The notes: a model not told the origin generated them from the sequence alone. 64,000 nucleotides of DNA from a bacterium (GCA_030693205.1 JAUYBG010000006.1:68015-132014); one strand, 5' to 3'. Shown: positions 49,281-62,275, counted from the first letter of the stretch. Numbers and translations: made by a program.

Positions 49281-51245
49281 TCAACTTTTCAGCTGTAATC
49301 TCTTTAACTGCATAATCTCATCCCGAATCAGCGCCGCTTTTTCAAACTCGAGATCTTTCGCCGCCTCGCGCATTTCTTTTTCTTTTATCTTCACATATCC
49401 GTCAATGTCTTCCAAATGCTCGATATTAATGAATTCCGGCGCGACCTCCGGCTTTAACTCGTGATCAATGATCGATTTGATGGATTTTTCGACCGAAGCC
49501 GGAGTGATATGGTGCGCCGTATTATATTCTTTCTGGATCTCGCGCCGGCGATTAGTTTCACTGATCGCCCGCTTCATCGAACCGGTAACTCGATCCGCGT
49601 AAAGAACTACTCGTCCCCGGATATGGCGCGCCGCGCGGCCCATCGTCTGGATAAGCGAAGTTTCCGAACGCAAAAATCCTTCCTTGTCCGCGTCCAAGAT
49701 CCCGATCAATGACACTTCGGGCAGATCAAGGCCTTCCCGCAAAAGATTAACACCCACCAAAACATCGAATTTTCCTTTTCGCAGATCCTCCAGGATCACT
49801 ATTCGATCAAGCGTGGAAACCTCGGAATGCAAATATCTGGATTTTATTCCAAGCTCGACAAGATGCTCGGTCAGATCTTCGCTCATCCGCTTGGTCAGAG
49901 TCGTCACTAAAACTCTTTCTTTGCGCGCCACCACTTTTTCAATTTCTTTTAGCAGATCTTTTATTTGGCCTTGTGCCGGACGGATGACAACTTCCGGATC
50001 AATTAATCCGGTAGGCCGGATGATCTGTTCCACGACTTGAGTGGAATTTTTCAGCTCGTATTTTCCGGGAGTCGCGGTCGTATAAATCGCCTGATTGACC
50101 TTGCTTTCAAATTCAGCAAATCTCAACGGGCGATTATCGATCGCCGAAGGCAGCCGAAATCCATATTCCACCAAATTAGTTTTCCGCGATCTATCGCCTT
50201 CATACATGCCTCCCAGCTGGGGAATCGTAATGTGCGATTCATCGATCACAATCAATAGATCCTTAGGAAAATAATCCATCAGCGTATAAGGCGCCTCGCC
50301 TGCCGCGCGGCCGGTCAGAAACCGCGAATAATTTTCAATGCCGTTGCAATAGCCGATCTGGCGCATCATTTCCAAGTCATAGCGAGTCCGGCGCCGCAAT
50401 CTTTCCTCTTCCAAAAATTTATTATGTTTTTTAAAATAACCGAGGCGATCTTCCAGCTCGCTTTCAATTTTATCAAGCGCCTCTCCCATTATCGGTTCCG
50501 GCACGACAAAATGCTTGGCCGGAAAAATATCAACGTGCTTTGGGTTTTGAATAATATTCCGGTTTAATTCATTGAGGATCTGGATTTTTTTTATTCGATC
50601 GCCGTCAAGCTCAATATGAATTATCCAATCATCCGACGGCGGCATAATCTCGATAATATTGCCTTGGGCGCGAAACACGCTCCGCTTCAAAACCACGGAG
50701 CGGACATAATGCAATTTTACGAGATTCTCAATAATATCATCTCGCCCGATGATCTGTCCGACCGCAAACTGCGTCACAAAATCCTTATAGCTCCCGGGCG
50801 AACCTAAACCGTAAATACAAGAAACCGTGGCGCAAATTATCACGTCGCGGCGGCTCATCAACGCTGAAGTGGCGCGATGGCGCAATCGGTCAATTTCTTT
50901 GTTTATCTCCGCTTCTTTTTCAATATATGTGTCACTGGAAGCAATATACGCCTCCGGCTGATAATAATCGTAATAACTGACAAAATATTCCACGGCATTA
51001 GCCGGAAAAAATTCGCGAAACTCGCTAGTCAACTGGGCGGCCAAAGTCTTATTCGGCGCGATCACGAGCGTCGGTCGCTGAACGGCCGCAATTACATTGG
51101 CAACAGTAAAAGTCTTGCCTGAACCGGTCACACCCAATAATGTCTGATGCCGATATTTTTTCTTCACCCCATCAATAAGCTGTTTTATTGCCTTAGGCTG
51201 ATCACCCTTGGGTTTGAATTTGGATTGTATTTTAAATTTATGCAT
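49281..51245 (-). CDS. uvrB: excinuclease ABC subunit B
   Basis: LLGVTGSGKT, YYDYYQPEAY, DESH, NLLREGLD, C-terminal UVR domain. Confidence 0.98.
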   Translation of the reverse strand: MHKFKIQSKFKPKGDQPKAIKQLIDGVKKKYRHQTLLGVTGSGKTFTVANVIAAVQRPTLVIAPNKTLAAQLTSEFREFFPANAVEYFVSYYDYYQPEAYIASSDTYIEKEAEINKEIDRLRHRATSALMSRRDVIICATVSCIYGLGSPGSYKDFVTQFAVGQIIGRDDIIENLVKLHYVRSVVLKRSVFRAQGNIIEIMPPSDDWIIHIELDGDRIKKIQILNELNRNIIQNPKHVDIFPAKHFVVPEPIMGEALDKIESELEDRLGYFKKHNKFLEEERLRRRTRYDLEMMRQIGYCNGIENYSRFLTGRAAGEAPYTLMDYFPKDLLIVIDESHITIPQLGGMYEGDRSRKTNLVEYGFRLPSAIDNRPLRFAEFESKVNQAIYTTATPGKYELKNSTQVVEQIIRPTGLIDPEVVIRPAQGQIKDLLKEIEKVVARKERVLVTTLTKRMSEDLTEHLVELGIKSRYLHSEVSTLDRIVILEDLRKGKFDVLVGVNLLREGLDLPEVSLIGILDADKEGFLRSETSLIQTMGRAARHIRGRVVLYADRVTGSMKRAISETNRRREIQKEYNTAHHITPASVEKSIKSIIDHELKPEVAPEFINIEHLEDIDGYVKIKEKEMREAAKDLEFEKAALIRDEIMQLKRLQLKS

Positions 51246-51279
51246 AATATTCTCTGTTATTGCAAATTCGCTTTTTTTC

Positions 51280-51365
51280 TGTCATTGCAAGCCCTGTATT
51301 CAGGGCGAAGCAATCTCAAAACTCGACTATAGATTGCTTCGTCGCTTCGGCTCCTCGCAATGACA
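51280..51365. repeat. REP/RPE-like palindromic element
   Basis: close copy of 14681-14767. Confidence 0.85.
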
Positions 51366-51428
51366 AATGAAAGTATTTACTAGTTTTATTGTAGCATTTT
51401 GGCGAACTTTGGCAAAAAAAGAAGGGGT

Positions 51429-51584
51429 TTAATGTCCCCTGTCAAAATCGCTGCTTGGTATTATCGGTTTCGCTTTTTTTCTATTCATTCTGCTAACAAA
51501 TATACAGAGTAATATTATAGCCACAATGGTCAATATTGCGATTATAATAACGGCTATTAAAATTAATGATGCATCTACTGTCAT
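51429..51584 (-). CDS. 51-aa single-TM microprotein (not in ORF track)
   Basis: SD AAGGAGG; MTVDASLILIAVIIIAILTIVAIILLCIFVSRMNRKKAK... Confidence 0.6.
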   Translation of the reverse strand: MTVDASLILIAVIIIAILTIVAIILLCIFVSRMNRKKAKPIIPSSDFDRGH

Positions 51585-51628
51585 TTTTTCCTCCTTATCC
51601 CAAATCCTAAACCAAAATCAACCGAAAG

Positions 51629-52195
51629 TCAACACCCTAAACTATGCCGCCTTAATTCTTTCCTAATTCGCAAATAATCCGGAATTGTTTTCGCGACTAA
51701 ATTCCAAAAATTTTTCGAATGATTCATTTCTCCCAAATGGCATAATTCATGCACCACGACATAATCAACTATGTGTTCGGGAAGAAACGCCAGCTTAAAA
51801 TTAAAATTAAGATTTTTCCTTCTTGAACAGCTTCCCCAGCAAGTTTGCTGGCTTTTTACCCGAATTTTATTAAAAGCAAAATTATAAATATTATTATAAT
51901 ATTCCAAACGCTTTCGCACCATCTCCAAGGCTGTCTGGCGATGGGTCAGATAAGCATGCCTTTCGTTTGGAAAAGATAAAGGTTTTTTAAAATCCTTAAA
52001 CTCGGCGGTTTTTTCCAAAATCCAACCCGCTTTCTCGCGCATAAATCTTTCCAGATCTGATTCTCTGAATTTGCGCGGCACAGTCACCACAAATCTCCCG
52101 CCGCCATAGATCGCGAATCTTATTCTTCTCGCGCGAACGCTTATTTTTAAAATATACTCTATCTTTTCGCCGCGAAGTTCAATATATTTTTTCAT
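51629..52195 (-). CDS. YgjP/DUF45-like M48 metallopeptidase family protein
   Basis: WGSCS, DYVVVHELCHL..MNHS..FW. Confidence 0.88.
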   Translation of the reverse strand: MKKYIELRGEKIEYILKISVRARRIRFAIYGGGRFVVTVPRKFRESDLERFMREKAGWILEKTAEFKDFKKPLSFPNERHAYLTHRQTALEMVRKRLEYYNNIYNFAFNKIRVKSQQTCWGSCSRRKNLNFNFKLAFLPEHIVDYVVVHELCHLGEMNHSKNFWNLVAKTIPDYLRIRKELRRHSLGC

Positions 52196-52304
52196 AAAAA
52201 TATATCCGATAACAGTTCTCGGAAAAAATATTATTTTCTCCCTAAACTTCAAAAATCTTAAATTTAATTTTTTACTACAAAAGATAATATTTACGTAACA
52301 CTTA

Positions 52305-52862
52305 TTACTTTCGTAAAAATAATGCAAATATAGAAATAATAATAGCAGCAATTGATAGTAATGTAGCAAAAGGATTTTTTTTAGCATCCTCTAAAAAATA
52401 TATCCAACCACTCTTTCCTTTGGTTGTCAATATAATGCTTTCGGAAGTAAAGCTAACACCTTCATCATAATCAGGTCCATATTTACTATCTGCGTAAGCG
52501 TATTTAATAGCTTCTTGTGTACTTATCATTAAAAAACCATCCATTTCCATTCTTTTTAATTCCGCTCTTATACTATTACTTAGGATTACAGGAGTTTGAC
52601 CTCTATGTTTAAGCAATGGATATTTTTCATTATAACGCCTTGTAATTAGTCTATAATTTGGAAAATCAAGATATTCTTCAACTGAATAATCACATAGCAG
52701 ATCTCCAAAATTATCGGCATAAGAGTTTTGAAAACCACTTTCTTCTTCAAAATGTCTTAACAGTTTTATAAGATTTTCTCTCATGCCGCATGAAACAGTC
52801 AACGATCCCTTTATTGTTTTTACACTATCGGAAAATAAATTTTTTAAGAAAAATAATCTCAT
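52305..52862 (-). CDS. hypothetical protein with C-terminal TM
   Basis: ORF track; AT-rich. Confidence 0.6.
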   Translation of the reverse strand: MRLFFLKNLFSDSVKTIKGSLTVSCGMRENLIKLLRHFEEESGFQNSYADNFGDLLCDYSVEEYLDFPNYRLITRRYNEKYPLLKHRGQTPVILSNSIRAELKRMEMDGFLMISTQEAIKYAYADSKYGPDYDEGVSFTSESIILTTKGKSGWIYFLEDAKKNPFATLLSIAAIIISIFALFLRK

Positions 52863-52888
52863 ATTTTTATCTCCTAATCTTCAAAAAT

Positions 52889-53740
52889 TTAATTTTCCTC
52901 TTTCAATTTCTTAACCGCTTTGGGTAATTTTTTGTCTTCCGACTTTAATTTTCGCTCAAGTTTTTTTGTATCCTCTTCCGGCGGCAAAGCTTCCGGACGA
53001 ATACCGCTTTTAACAAGCATATCCCGCATATTTTTATTATTCTTTACATGCTCCGAAGTAATTGGCGTTTCGCCTTTAAGCGCTTGGTCTTTCTTTAAAT
53101 TAAAACTGGTAATTTCAGTAGCCAGATCTTTAGCTTTTATAGTAACGCTCGGCAAAAAATCCGCCAGCGGCCGTTTATCCGGTATGCCGAGTTTCTTTTT
53201 CATCTCTTGAGTATTGTATCCGCCAAACAAAGCTTGATCGCCTTTGCTGCGAATTCTAGCAAATCCTTGGCCGTCAACACCACGCTCAAATAAAACCCCA
53301 GAAAGTTCCTTTTCAGAAATTGAAAGTTTCTCTCTGGCGTGCACTCGCTCCCATTGCGCCAAACGCTGTTCCACGATTTCCTGTTTTCTGGTTTGGACGG
53401 CAAAATAAGTCATAGCAAAAGCAATCTCATCTTTTCGTGGATCACCATTCTGAGCTATAAGATAACAGGCGTAGCGAGTTAACATAATATCGGCTATTTC
53501 TTTGCTAGCTCCTTTAGGCATCGGTATCGTTTTGCCGGCGTCGGCAAAATGATCGGAAACCTTTTGCTTAGCGGTTTCACAAGCTGTTTTTGCTTTATTG
53601 ATAACATTTTCAAAATTGCTCCATTTGTCATAACCCAATAATCCTTGCAGTTCACGAGCATACCAAAACTCCACCCCGTCTTTTTCATGAGCGCAATCTT
53701 CAAAATTTTTATGCAACCTAACAATTAGTTGTTTTTCCAT
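52889..53740 (-). CDS. dinD: DNA damage-inducible protein D
   Basis: EFWYAREL..LLGY, LTRYACYLIAQNGDPRK, YFAVQTRKQE, PLADFLP. Confidence 0.93.
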   Translation of the reverse strand: MEKQLIVRLHKNFEDCAHEKDGVEFWYARELQGLLGYDKWSNFENVINKAKTACETAKQKVSDHFADAGKTIPMPKGASKEIADIMLTRYACYLIAQNGDPRKDEIAFAMTYFAVQTRKQEIVEQRLAQWERVHAREKLSISEKELSGVLFERGVDGQGFARIRSKGDQALFGGYNTQEMKKKLGIPDKRPLADFLPSVTIKAKDLATEITSFNLKKDQALKGETPITSEHVKNNKNMRDMLVKSGIRPEALPPEEDTKKLERKLKSEDKKLPKAVKKLKEEN

Positions 53741-53797
53741 GACTCTATGATGATTTTTTGTTAAAAACAAAATCCCTTCTTTAATATTTTCAAAAAA

Positions 53798-55873
<2,076 letters not shown>

Positions 55874-57523
55874 TTAATGTTTTAACTTATACTTATAATC
55901 TTCGTAATTTCCAAGATATTTCTTGACTTCGTTGTTCCCGACCTCCCAAATGATATTAACGACTTTATTCAGAACATGCCTGTCATGAGAAACCATAATG
56001 ATCGGACCTTTAAAATTTTTCAGAACCTCCGCCACCGCGTCTTTGCTGGCCAGGTCCAAATGATTGGTCGGTTCATCAAGCAAAAGAATATTGGAATTAT
56101 TCAGGATCAATTCGGCAATTGCCACTCTGGCCCGCTCGCCTCCGCTCAAAGCCCCAACCAGTTTAAAAGCATCTTCCCCGGAAAAAAGCAAAGAACCAAG
56201 AATACTCCGGATCGCCCCATCGGCGACTTCGGTTTTCGACCGCACTTCATCCAAAATATTCTTATCAGGATCAAGCTCTTCGTGCGCTTGAGCATAGTAA
56301 CCTATTTTAGTATTTCCAAAAAACTTTATTTTTCCTTCCAGGGCTTTTTCTTTATAAACCAGCGTTTTCAGAAGCGTCGATTTTCCCGCGCCGTTCGGCC
56401 CGATTATACCAATCTTATCGTTCTTTTCAACCTCCCAAACTCCTTCCATTGTCAATAATGGCATATCTTTTGCCCCAACCATCAGATCTTCAATTTCCAA
56501 AACTTTTGCCGGCAATCCTTCCGAATCTTTCAGCTTGACTTTAATTTTTTTCTTCGCCGTTTCGGGATCTTCTATTTTTTCCATCTTATCAAGTAATTTA
56601 ATCCTGCTGTGCACTTGCCTTGTTTTTGTAGCTTTATATCTGAATCGCTCAATAAATTCTGACTGCTGAGATAAATATTTTTCTTGCCTCTTAAAAGCTT
56701 CCTCTTGTTTCTTGAGATTTTCCGCTTTCTGAATCAGATACTCCGAATAATTACAGAAATATTTTTCAATTCCGGTTTTATTAAGCTCATAGGTCTTGTC
56801 GCATATCTTATCCAAGAACTGATGATCATGGGAAACTACGATCAGCGCCATCTGCCATTCAGCTAAAAAACTTTCCAGCCATTCGATTGTTTCCAAATCA
56901 AGATGATTGGTCGGTTCGTCCAAAATCAGGATATTCGGCCGGCATAAAATAATTTTTGCCAATGCCAGGCGAGTGCGTTCTCCGCCGCTTAGAGATTTAA
57001 CTTTTCTTTTCCAGTCTTTTTCAGGAAAATTGAATTTTTTCAAGGTTTCTTCCACCTGCCTTTCATATTCATAACCCTTGCTCGATTCGTATAAATGGCT
57101 CACTGCGCCATACTCGGCAACTTTTGCTTTCAAATCTTTTCTTTTCGTGTTCGCGATCAGCGCTTCGTATTCTTTCTTTTTATTTATCAGATCGCAAATC
57201 TTGGAATCGGCGGTTTTTGCTTCTTTCAATATTTCATTATCCAAAGAATCCCAGTGCGTTTCTTGCGGCAAATAGCCAAAACGAATATCTCGATATCTGG
57301 CAACAGACCCGCTATCCGGCTGGAACAATCCGATGATTATTTTAAGCAAAGTGCTTTTTCCCGCGCCATTCGGACCGATTATCGCAATCCTATCTCCGCT
57401 ATTCACCACCATCTCGACATCGGAAAAAACTTCCTGTCCCAAAAACTTCATTGAGATGTCGTTCAATATCACCAATGGTTCATCAATATATTCATAATTA
57501 ACTTCAATATCACTTTTCAACAT
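55874..57523 (-). CDS. ABC-F family ATPase
   Basis: two GPNGAGKST/LSGGE/DEPTNHLD cassettes, no TM. Confidence 0.93.
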   Translation of the reverse strand: MLKSDIEVNYEYIDEPLVILNDISMKFLGQEVFSDVEMVVNSGDRIAIIGPNGAGKSTLLKIIIGLFQPDSGSVARYRDIRFGYLPQETHWDSLDNEILKEAKTADSKICDLINKKKEYEALIANTKRKDLKAKVAEYGAVSHLYESSKGYEYERQVEETLKKFNFPEKDWKRKVKSLSGGERTRLALAKIILCRPNILILDEPTNHLDLETIEWLESFLAEWQMALIVVSHDHQFLDKICDKTYELNKTGIEKYFCNYSEYLIQKAENLKKQEEAFKRQEKYLSQQSEFIERFRYKATKTRQVHSRIKLLDKMEKIEDPETAKKKIKVKLKDSEGLPAKVLEIEDLMVGAKDMPLLTMEGVWEVEKNDKIGIIGPNGAGKSTLLKTLVYKEKALEGKIKFFGNTKIGYYAQAHEELDPDKNILDEVRSKTEVADGAIRSILGSLLFSGEDAFKLVGALSGGERARVAIAELILNNSNILLLDEPTNHLDLASKDAVAEVLKNFKGPIIMVSHDRHVLNKVVNIIWEVGNNEVKKYLGNYEDYKYKLKH

Positions 57524-57639
57524 AAATAAAAAATTAACCAAATAAAAAATTACCGCGCAACTATCGCTTTCTTATCTCTATCAACCCTCGAGACAATCAG
57601 TTAAAATTTTATAATATTGTCTAAAAGTCATATTCGCTC

Positions 57640-60153
57640 TTATACTCTCAGGCTTACGCCGAGTTTATTTTTTAATTCCGCGATTATTTTATCCATAACT
57701 TTCTTTACTTCTTCGTCTTTCAGGGTTTTTTCCGGCGACTGAAAAACAATATGGAAAGCCAGACTTCTCTTGCCGGCTAAATTATCGGTAATAATGTTTT
57801 TTCCTTCGTAAATATCGAACAATTCAATATTCCTGACCAATCCGCTTCCCGCGCCATAAACCGCTTTTTCGATCTGACTCCATAAAATGTTTTTCGGCGC
57901 CAATACGGCAATATCCAGCTTAACGCCCGGAAATTTAGAAAATTTCTTATAAGTAATTTTTTCGGCGGCGGCGATCGCCGCGATCTTTTTAAAATCCAGA
58001 TTGAACAATCCGACTCTTCCTTCGATTTTAAAATTTTCTCTTATTCTCGGATCTATTTCGCCCATAATACCGACAACGCTCCCGTTAACTGATAAAAATG
58101 CAGTCCGTCCCAAATGCCAAACCGGCATATGCGCGCATTGCTCCGAGACAGAAGAATATACGGCGTTTTTTATTCCCAAAAAATTCAATAGCAATTCCAC
58201 TGTTTCTTTTGTTTGATAGAACAGCTCTTTGGAATTTTTATCATAAATTACCCCGGTCAGCATAAATTTTTCGTCAACGCCGCTCGCGCCCGGCGCAAAC
58301 GATCCATCAAGAGCGCAAGTATTATTGCCCATATAATTTCGATAATAAACTTTTCCCAGTTCAAAAATTTTTATTTTTTCATCCGCCAAAGTCCGGCTAT
58401 TATCCGATATATTATTCAGGACGGAGGGAATCAGGCTCAAGCGTAAATATTTATGCTCCGGATTAAGAGGGTTGGCCAGCTCCAAATGATGCTTACTGCC
58501 CGTACCCGCGTTGGATAGATCTTTTTCTCCGATAAATGAATCGTTATATGTTTCGGTAAAACCATTGGCGATCAGCGCGTTTTTCATCTTGTTCCGATAG
58601 CTTACGGCCAAATTTATTTCCGGCAAAAATAAATCCACTTTCGGCGGCGCCGGAACAATCTTCTGGTAGCCATAGATCCTGCCTATCTCGCGAATTACTT
58701 CTATCGGCCCCGTAATATCCAATCTTCTAGTCGGCACGATAATTTCCAAAGTTTCTTTTTTAATTTTTCGCGCTTTTAATCCCAGATCATTTAAAATTTT
58801 GATAATGTTTTCCGCGGGAATTTTAACGCCCAAAAGTTTCTCCACCGCGAGTAGCTCAAGCTTTATTTTTATCGGCCTGGTTTTCGCGTGATAAGCATCG
58901 ATCACGCCGCGCATAACCTCGCCGCCGGAAATTTCCTGGATCAATTCAGCTGCTCTGTTTAACGCTATCAATGTCAAATTCCTGTCCATTTCCCGCTCAA
59001 AACGATAAGAAGAATCTGAAACTAACCCTAAGGATCTCGAAGATTGCCGAATATTCACAGGATCAAAACTCGCCGCTTCGATCACAATATTTTTTGTTTT
59101 ATTTGTTACACTGGAATATTCCCCGCCCATAATTCCGGCAATAGCCAGCGGTTTTTTAATATCGGCAATAACCAGATTGTTCTCGTTCAATATATATTCT
59201 TTTCCGTCCAGTGCCGATATTTTCTCGCCTTTTTTCGCCTTCCGCACAATGATTTTTTTCGATTCAATTTTGTCAAAATCAAATATATGCAAAGGTTGCC
59301 CTGTTTCCAGCATCACCAAATTGGCGATATCCACCAAATTATTGATTGGCCTGATGGATGACAATTTCAGCTTATTTTGGATCCAAAGCGGCGCGGGCGC
59401 CACCAATACATTTTTAATCACTCTGGCTGAATAGCGGCGGCATAATTTTTTATCCTGTATATTCACGTCAATTATTTTTTTTACGCTTTCTTTTTTATTT
59501 TCCGCGAATTCACTCTTAGCGCCATCATAGATCCCTTTTTTCGTCTTCCTGGCAAGCACAGCCGCAATTTCCTGAGCGATGCCCCAATAACTCAAAGCAT
59601 CATGAGCTCTGTCAGGCAAAATATTCAGATCTATAAGCGTATCTTCTAAATTCAAAAAACGAGCAACGGACATTCCGATCTTAGCCTCCTCCGGCCCGCC
59701 TACCGGCGAGGCAGGCCCGCCTAGACTCGCGCTAGTCGAGGCAGGCAAAACAAAAATTCCCGCGTGATTAACGCCCAGACCTAACTCGTCCTCCGCGCAG
59801 ATCATACCATAAGATTTTACTCCCCTCACCTCCCGCTCTTCAATTTTTATGCCATTGGGGAGTTCCGCGCCAACTAATGCCACGGCTACTTTTTGCCCTG
59901 CCGCCACATTGGGAGCGCCGCAGACTATCTCTAAAACTTTCTTGCCCGTGTTTACCGTTGCAACCGTCAATCTATCGGCATTAGGGTGTTTTTTGATTTC
60001 TAAGACCTTGCCAACAATAACCTTTTCCAGACCTTTATCCATCTTTTCAACCCCTTCCGCTTCAAAAGAATGCATTGTCAAAACTTCAGCCAGTTTTTCC
60101 GGCGATTCTTTGATGTCAACGTATTCTTTCAGCCAATTATAGGAAAATTTCAT
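57640..60153 (-). CDS. pheT: phenylalanyl-tRNA synthetase beta subunit
   Basis: MKFSYNWLKEY, HPNADRL, VCGAPNV, FDIYEG; in-frame insert. Confidence 0.97.
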   Translation of the reverse strand: MKFSYNWLKEYVDIKESPEKLAEVLTMHSFEAEGVEKMDKGLEKVIVGKVLEIKKHPNADRLTVATVNTGKKVLEIVCGAPNVAAGQKVAVALVGAELPNGIKIEEREVRGVKSYGMICAEDELGLGVNHAGIFVLPASTSASLGGPASPVGGPEEAKIGMSVARFLNLEDTLIDLNILPDRAHDALSYWGIAQEIAAVLARKTKKGIYDGAKSEFAENKKESVKKIIDVNIQDKKLCRRYSARVIKNVLVAPAPLWIQNKLKLSSIRPINNLVDIANLVMLETGQPLHIFDFDKIESKKIIVRKAKKGEKISALDGKEYILNENNLVIADIKKPLAIAGIMGGEYSSVTNKTKNIVIEAASFDPVNIRQSSRSLGLVSDSSYRFEREMDRNLTLIALNRAAELIQEISGGEVMRGVIDAYHAKTRPIKIKLELLAVEKLLGVKIPAENIIKILNDLGLKARKIKKETLEIIVPTRRLDITGPIEVIREIGRIYGYQKIVPAPPKVDLFLPEINLAVSYRNKMKNALIANGFTETYNDSFIGEKDLSNAGTGSKHHLELANPLNPEHKYLRLSLIPSVLNNISDNSRTLADEKIKIFELGKVYYRNYMGNNTCALDGSFAPGASGVDEKFMLTGVIYDKNSKELFYQTKETVELLLNFLGIKNAVYSSVSEQCAHMPVWHLGRTAFLSVNGSVVGIMGEIDPRIRENFKIEGRVGLFNLDFKKIAAIAAAEKITYKKFSKFPGVKLDIAVLAPKNILWSQIEKAVYGAGSGLVRNIELFDIYEGKNIITDNLAGKRSLAFHIVFQSPEKTLKDEEVKKVMDKIIAELKNKLGVSLRV

Positions 60154-60177
60154 AGATCTTAATATTTTAACTCTTCT

Positions 60178-60347
60178 GTTAAAGCAATGTTTAAATTTTA
60201 TTTAAAGCTCATTTTAGCGACTCAAATAAACAAGTATTTTTATTTATTCTTTTGAAGAGCTAAAATTAGAGCGAGGTGTGACTAAGCTTTTTAAAAAATA
60301 TGGTACCGTCCGAGCGTCTTTAAATAAAATTTAAACATTGCTTTAAC
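60178..60347. mobile_element. 170-bp MITE with 30-bp perfect terminal inverted repeats
   Basis: gttaaagcaatgtttaaattttatttaaag / ctttaaataaaatttaaacattgctttaac. Confidence 0.8.
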
Positions 60348-60364
60348 TTTATTTTAGCTACTAA

Positions 60365-61438
60365 CTAAAACTGTTTCAAAAATCTCAAATCGCCGCTGTG
60401 AAATAATCTAATGTCATCAATGCCATGCAGCATCATCGGAAACCGATCCAAACCAAAACCAAAAGCAAACCCTTGATATTTATTTTTCGGATATCCGGCG
60501 GCGGTAAAAACTTTTTGATTGACCATTCCCGCGCCAAAAATCTCAAGCCATCCGGTTCCTTTGCAAAGCCGGCAGCCTTTTCCCTGGCAGATCATGCAAC
60601 TGACATCTCCTTCCAGTCCGGGCTCGACAAAAGGAAAATAGCTCGGCCGTAATCTTATTTTCACATCAGCCTCAAAAAAATTACTAAAGAATGTTTCAAA
60701 AACACTTTTAATATTGGCTATATTTATATCCTCTCCCACCATCAATCCTTCCAGCTGAAAAAAAGTCGATGCGTGCCGCGCGTCTGTCGCTTCATGGCGG
60801 AAAACCCTGCCTGGAACAATAATCCTGAAAGGCGGTTTATTTTTTTGCATATATCTTACTTGCATCGGCGAAGTATGAGTCCGCATCAATAATCTTTCTG
60901 ATTTGTTTGGGATTTGGGATTTGGGATTTGGGATTTCATGGTTGCCGCGCAACCAGAACGTATCCCACATATCCCTCGCCGGATGGCTGGCAGGAATATT
61001 CAACGCGTCAAAATTGTAAAACTCGGTTTCTATCTCCGGACCCTCCACGATCTCAAAACCGAGAAAAGAAAATATTTTTTCCGCTTTTTTTAAAGTTTGA
61101 GTGATCGGGTGCAAATGCCCGGCAGAAATTTTATTTACCGAAGCGGTTACGTCAAGCTTTTCGCTTTCAAGTATTTTCCCGTATTTGAGATTTTCCAAAT
61201 ATTTTTTCTTTTCATTCATCTGTTTCTCTAATATCAACCTGATCTCATTAGCAAGCTTGCCGATGTTTTTTCTGTCGCTCAGCGGATATTTTTCGAGACT
61301 TCTGAGAATATGCGTCAAATCACCATTGCGGCCCAAATACTTAACCCGCAGATTTTCCAATCCGTTTATTTCCTGCGCTTTGGAAATTTCTTCCAAGGCG
61401 AATGATTTAATTTTTTCGATTTCTTCTATTATACTCAT
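60365..61438 (-). CDS. pheS: phenylalanyl-tRNA synthetase alpha subunit
   Basis: HPARDMWDTF, RTHTSPMQ, YFPFVEP, GFAFGFG. Confidence 0.97.
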   Translation of the reverse strand: MSIIEEIEKIKSFALEEISKAQEINGLENLRVKYLGRNGDLTHILRSLEKYPLSDRKNIGKLANEIRLILEKQMNEKKKYLENLKYGKILESEKLDVTASVNKISAGHLHPITQTLKKAEKIFSFLGFEIVEGPEIETEFYNFDALNIPASHPARDMWDTFWLRGNHEIPNPKSQIPNKSERLLMRTHTSPMQVRYMQKNKPPFRIIVPGRVFRHEATDARHASTFFQLEGLMVGEDINIANIKSVFETFFSNFFEADVKIRLRPSYFPFVEPGLEGDVSCMICQGKGCRLCKGTGWLEIFGAGMVNQKVFTAAGYPKNKYQGFAFGFGLDRFPMMLHGIDDIRLFHSGDLRFLKQF

Positions 61439-61808
61439 GATTGGAGCTTAAATAATATGCTTCGATAAATATTACGAAAATGATCAATAAAATCACGTTA
61501 ACCAAGTTCAGCATCTGCAGACTTTTAAGAATTAGCAGGGTATCGATCGCCAGCGCGAAAATGATCGCCTGGCGCACCGAATTGGATAGAACATTAAAAG
61601 GCATTTTTTGGGGAGAAAAAATAGTTCTGGAATAAAAACCGATCAAAACTAAAAATCCGGAAAGCCACAAAAAAAGACTGAAATAAAAAAGAAATAAACC
61701 GCCTATCCCGGCGCCGGCCGGATCGCTGAGCGCGATCACCGCGAACCAGGCTATAAAACAAATTAAAGTTGAAATCGCTATTCCAACCAAAAAACTCCGA
61801 ATAGTCAT
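61407..61808 (-). CDS. four-TM membrane protein
   Basis: hydrophobic segments; SVRQ motif. Confidence 0.7.
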   Translation of the reverse strand: MTIRSFLVGIAISTLICFIAWFAVIALSDPAGAGIGGLFLFYFSLFLWLSGFLVLIGFYSRTIFSPQKMPFNVLSNSVRQAIIFALAIDTLLILKSLQMLNLVNVILLIIFVIFIEAYYLSSNHEYNRRNRKN

Positions 61809-61991
61809 AAAAATAGCCTAAACTAATGGTCAAAAATTCTTTTTTAAATAAACGTTTCTTTTTATATGAATAAAAAGACAGCCTTTTACTTACTTATATT
61901 TTACACTATTTTTCATCAAAAGGCAAGGGAAAATACTTGCAAATACTTGCCAAAAATCCATTTAAACTGTATACTTTTAGAGTGTTTTTAT

Positions 61992-62063
61992 CGCGGGGTA
62001 GAGCAGCGGCAGCTCGCAAGGCCCATAACCTTGAGGACGCTGGTTCGAATCCAGCCCCCGCAA
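61992..62063 (+). tRNA. initiator tRNA-fMet(CAT)
   Basis: CGCGGGG...CCCCGCAA with C1:A72 mismatch; CAT anticodon. Confidence 0.9.
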
Positions 62064-62152
62064 CTATCAAACCCATAACTCATAACATATAACTAATAAC
62101 GATAAAAAATTTTTTGTTATAAGTTATGGGTTATTGATTATGAATTGATTAG

Positions 62153-62226
62153 GCCGGGATAGCTCAGCCGGTTAGAGCGTGGGACTCATAAGCCCAAGGT
62201 CGAGAGTTCGATTCTCTCTCCCGGCA
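62153..62226 (+). tRNA. tRNA-CAT (elongator Met or Ile2)
   Basis: GCCGGGA/TCCCGGC acceptor, CT CAT AA loop. Confidence 0.9.
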
Positions 62227-62275
62227 CAAAAATCATTGATTTGAAATTTTAAAACCTGATTATTCCGCGCAAGGC

